Shown here: piece by piece, positions 61,215 to 64,000 of the stretch | How the letters are laid out: the number at the start of each line of letters is the position of its first letter | Numbering within the stretch: position 1 is the first letter of the stretch | Source: Schizochytrium sp. TIO01 | Taxonomy: Eukaryota; Protista; Bigyra: Labyrinthulomycetes | Length of the DNA: 64,000 nucleotides | Reading direction: 5' to 3' | Assembly: GCA_004764695.1 (NCBI GenBank) | Contig: SMSO01000035.1 | Coordinates: 2,666,001-2,730,000, forward strand | The notes under the pieces: generated by a model | Told to the model about the DNA's origin: nothing | What the model saw: the letters and a program-made list of their open reading frames with translations, nothing else | Database searches by the model: none | Program-made: the position numbers and the translations under genes

Positions 61215-62343
61215 ATATGCGAGGAACAAGAACACGAAGAAGAACGGGAGGGCCCGACGCAAAGGCGGCGAGGTTTCCTAAAGAAGACTTGATGGAAAGC
61301 AGGCGGAGAGAGAAGGCAGGAGCGAGCAGACCAGGCTGACGAAGCCACGGAGAAATGGGGGACGATAAAAACTCCTTCTCGCTCGTGTACGCTTTGAAGC
61401 GCTCGGTTATCATCATGCAAACTGTCCTCTGCACTTTGGGGGAGAGAACGGAACTTTGCTGTTAGTAGGGTAAGTCTGCTTGGTCTGCTCAGCTTCTTAC
61501 GACGCTTCCTAGGTACCTTTCTTTTCTATCTTTCTTTCTTTCTCTCGTTCTCTCTTTCTTTCTCTCTTTCTTTCTTTACAATTCACGCATTACAATGACT
61601 TTTATCATATCAATTTCTCCCTGTGCATTGGTTTGTAATCATCATTCATTTGCAAATGCCGTCAAATCTCTCGACTGCACAGCGCCTTCAAATCTGCCTA
61701 TCCCGCTGCCAGCTTGGATGGATGAATGCATGGGTGGATGGACAGAAGATTGGGTGGCCTGCCTCGCGTCGCGTCGCGTCGCATCGCGTCTCGCGTCAGT
61801 CAACTCGCATCGCATCGCGTCTCCTTTGCCTTGGGATTTCCGGCGTGCTCAATAACTTATTTAATCATCCTCATTGTTGTCCAATCCCTCTCTGTTTGCT
61901 TGAACATTCCTATCTCCTTCCTCTCAAAAAAGCTTTTTCATTTATTTCTTTCTGCCTGTTTCAAGGGTTTTGTTTGTTTGTTTGTTTGTTTCTTTGGTTG
62001 GTTGGTTGGTTTGAAGCATCCAAGTCTATCAAAGCAGAGTCTAAACCAGAAAGGACAATCGCAGGAAATAGCACGCCCAGGCATGGCCAAGAAAGGTTTT
62101 CACAGGCATAGATAATTCATTTAGATTGTTATCGAATGAAAATACGTTGAAGGGAGGAAGCAGGGACAGAGGCCATCGGTCGTCCGCCCGTCAGAAAGGA
62201 GGAGAAAAAGAAAGAAACAGAGACGAAAGAAGAACAGAGAGCGGAGGCTCTTTTCTTTGCTTCTCTTGATTGAGATGAGATGAGTGCACCTGAGGATTCC
62301 TGCTGAGACGATTTCATGAAATGTAATGCAATGCAATGCAATT

Positions 62344-62440
62344 CAACTCAACTCAACTCAACTCAACTCAACTCAACTCAACTCAACTCAACTCAACTCA
62401 ACTCAACTCAACTCAACTCAACTCAACTCAACTCAACTCA
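62344..62440. repeat. (CAACT)~19 pentanucleotide microsatellite
   Basis: Perfect array preceded by (ATGCA)n. Confidence 0.97.
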
Positions 62441-62908
62441 GCTAATAATGAAGTGACCGCACATGACAATCTTTCTTTGCTTGCCTGCGAACGGGGGACT
62501 TGCTTGCTTGAAGAAGAGCTCGAGAGAGTGAGTTCTTTGGGAGGATGATGCGGTTGGTAATTGCATAGAATAAACGTGATCGTGGTAGTGGGTCTGGCTA
62601 GTACTTTGAGTTTTCAGGTATTTTCAAAGCGTACCAAAGGGAGGAAACTAACTTCTGGGTACCTAGAGCTAAACTCTATGGGTCCTCGTTCTCTTTTAGC
62701 TTGGCGCCTCTTTACTTTTACCTTATCTTCAGCAGCAACTCTACGCACACAAGTACTACAGAATACTACTCTCTTCCGCGCAAATAAAATAATATGAATA
62801 TTTTTTATTTATTTATTAACTTAGGAGTAGGCTAGCTAAACTTTATTTGATTTTGTTAACTTTTGCAAAATTCATACTACTATCAAAAATGAAACGAGAA
62901 CGAAAATA

Positions 62909-62946
62909 AAAATGAAAATGAAAATGAAAATGAAAATGAAAATGAA
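62909..62946. repeat. (AAAATG)~6 hexanucleotide repeat
   Basis: Read directly. It produces the MKMKMK ORF. Confidence 0.9.
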
Positions 62947-64000
62947 GAGGGTTTTAGATGAAAGGACAAACTATAACGTCTTATTAGCTGGAACAAGAAG
63001 AGAAAAACGATGGACACAGGCAGGGCCTAATACGATGGTATGCTGGAAAGACACTCGAGAGGGCAATCAAGCCTGGGTTGAGACCCTTCGCTTCCAGAGC
63101 CCGGGCGGTATCGTGACAAGACTGTGCCGGTGTTTCAGAAGAAGAAGACATCGGCCTTGACCGTCACCGGCCAGCCAGCCAGCCCTGAGCGAGCGAGCAC
63201 CACCCGTAAGTAAGCACACGGTCGACCTTTCAAGTTGTCTGTCCTTCTCGTGCTGCCCCAAATGGCGCCGATTTCCATTTCCTACATCTCGGCGGAATCT
63301 CTCTCTGAACGAAGCAAATGTAAAGAACTCGTGGCGAAGAGTGAAGAACTTGAGCGAAGAGAGTTCGCAGACACGCAAACCTTGAAGCAAACGATCAATC
63401 AATCATCGATCCATCGAACAACCCATCGAACAACCACCAAACGATCGAACGAAGAATCAGCAGAATCCGAGACCTCGTTCGGGTCGCTCCTTCAAGTAAC
63501 AAGTTCTACATATTTCTGTCAACAAAACACTCTCGAAGCCTGCCTGTGAAAACACCCACCCACTCACTCACTGTCTGAGCCCAGCTGCAGCACTGGTCAG
63601 GCCTGCCTGCCTGCCTGCCTGCCTGGAGGCCCGCCTATCCAAAGAACCCTCGCTGACTGCAAAAAGGCTTCTACAAACAAACGAAGACATCTCTCCACTC
63701 CACGGCCGTTCTCTGCAGAAACAATCAAACAAACTAAAATCAATCAATCAATCAATCTATTCCCTCTCTTTTGTTTCTTTGTTTGTTTGTTTCTTAGATA
63801 TTTCTTTCTCCGTTCTCTTTCTTGCTGTGTTCTGCCTGCCTGTTCTCTCGTGCTCTGTTCTCATCCCCTCAGTCACGGCAGCAGTGCCGAAGGGGCGGCC
63901 GCGTTCTTTTCTGCCGACGGCCCTGGAACGCGCTGTGCTATGCTACGCTATGCCATGGTCTGTCCAGGCTTGGCGGAGCGAGGCTGGAGCAAAGGCTGAA

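Overview
Eukaryotic nuclear DNA. The intron-poor genes, flagellar proteins, roughly mid-range GC and SSR-rich spacers suggest a stramenopile protist, most likely a thraustochytrid (inference). The window has two sharply different halves. About 1-25.1 kb is gene-dense, with ten apparently intact genes: an unknown protein running off the left edge, a CLASP_N/TOG protein with a kinesin-13-like tail, an ARM-TPR-RPAP3_C co-chaperone, YTM1/WDR12, a 4-exon enkurin, a multi-TM tandem TKL kinase, a secreted cystatin, an ER-type DnaJ protein, an EF-hand/WD40 (WDR49-like) protein and a 2-exon CSN3. One disrupted gene lies among them. About 25.1-64 kb has no intact recognisable gene. It is a mosaic of GC-richer blocks, several with decayed reading frames, separated roughly every 2-4 kb by AT-rich islands rich in AGAAC/GTTCT, and it is saturated with microsatellites and 12/15-bp higher-order repeats. 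I saw no rRNA, tRNA, CRISPR or recognisable transposon ORF. All family calls come from motif recognition by eye; no searches were run.
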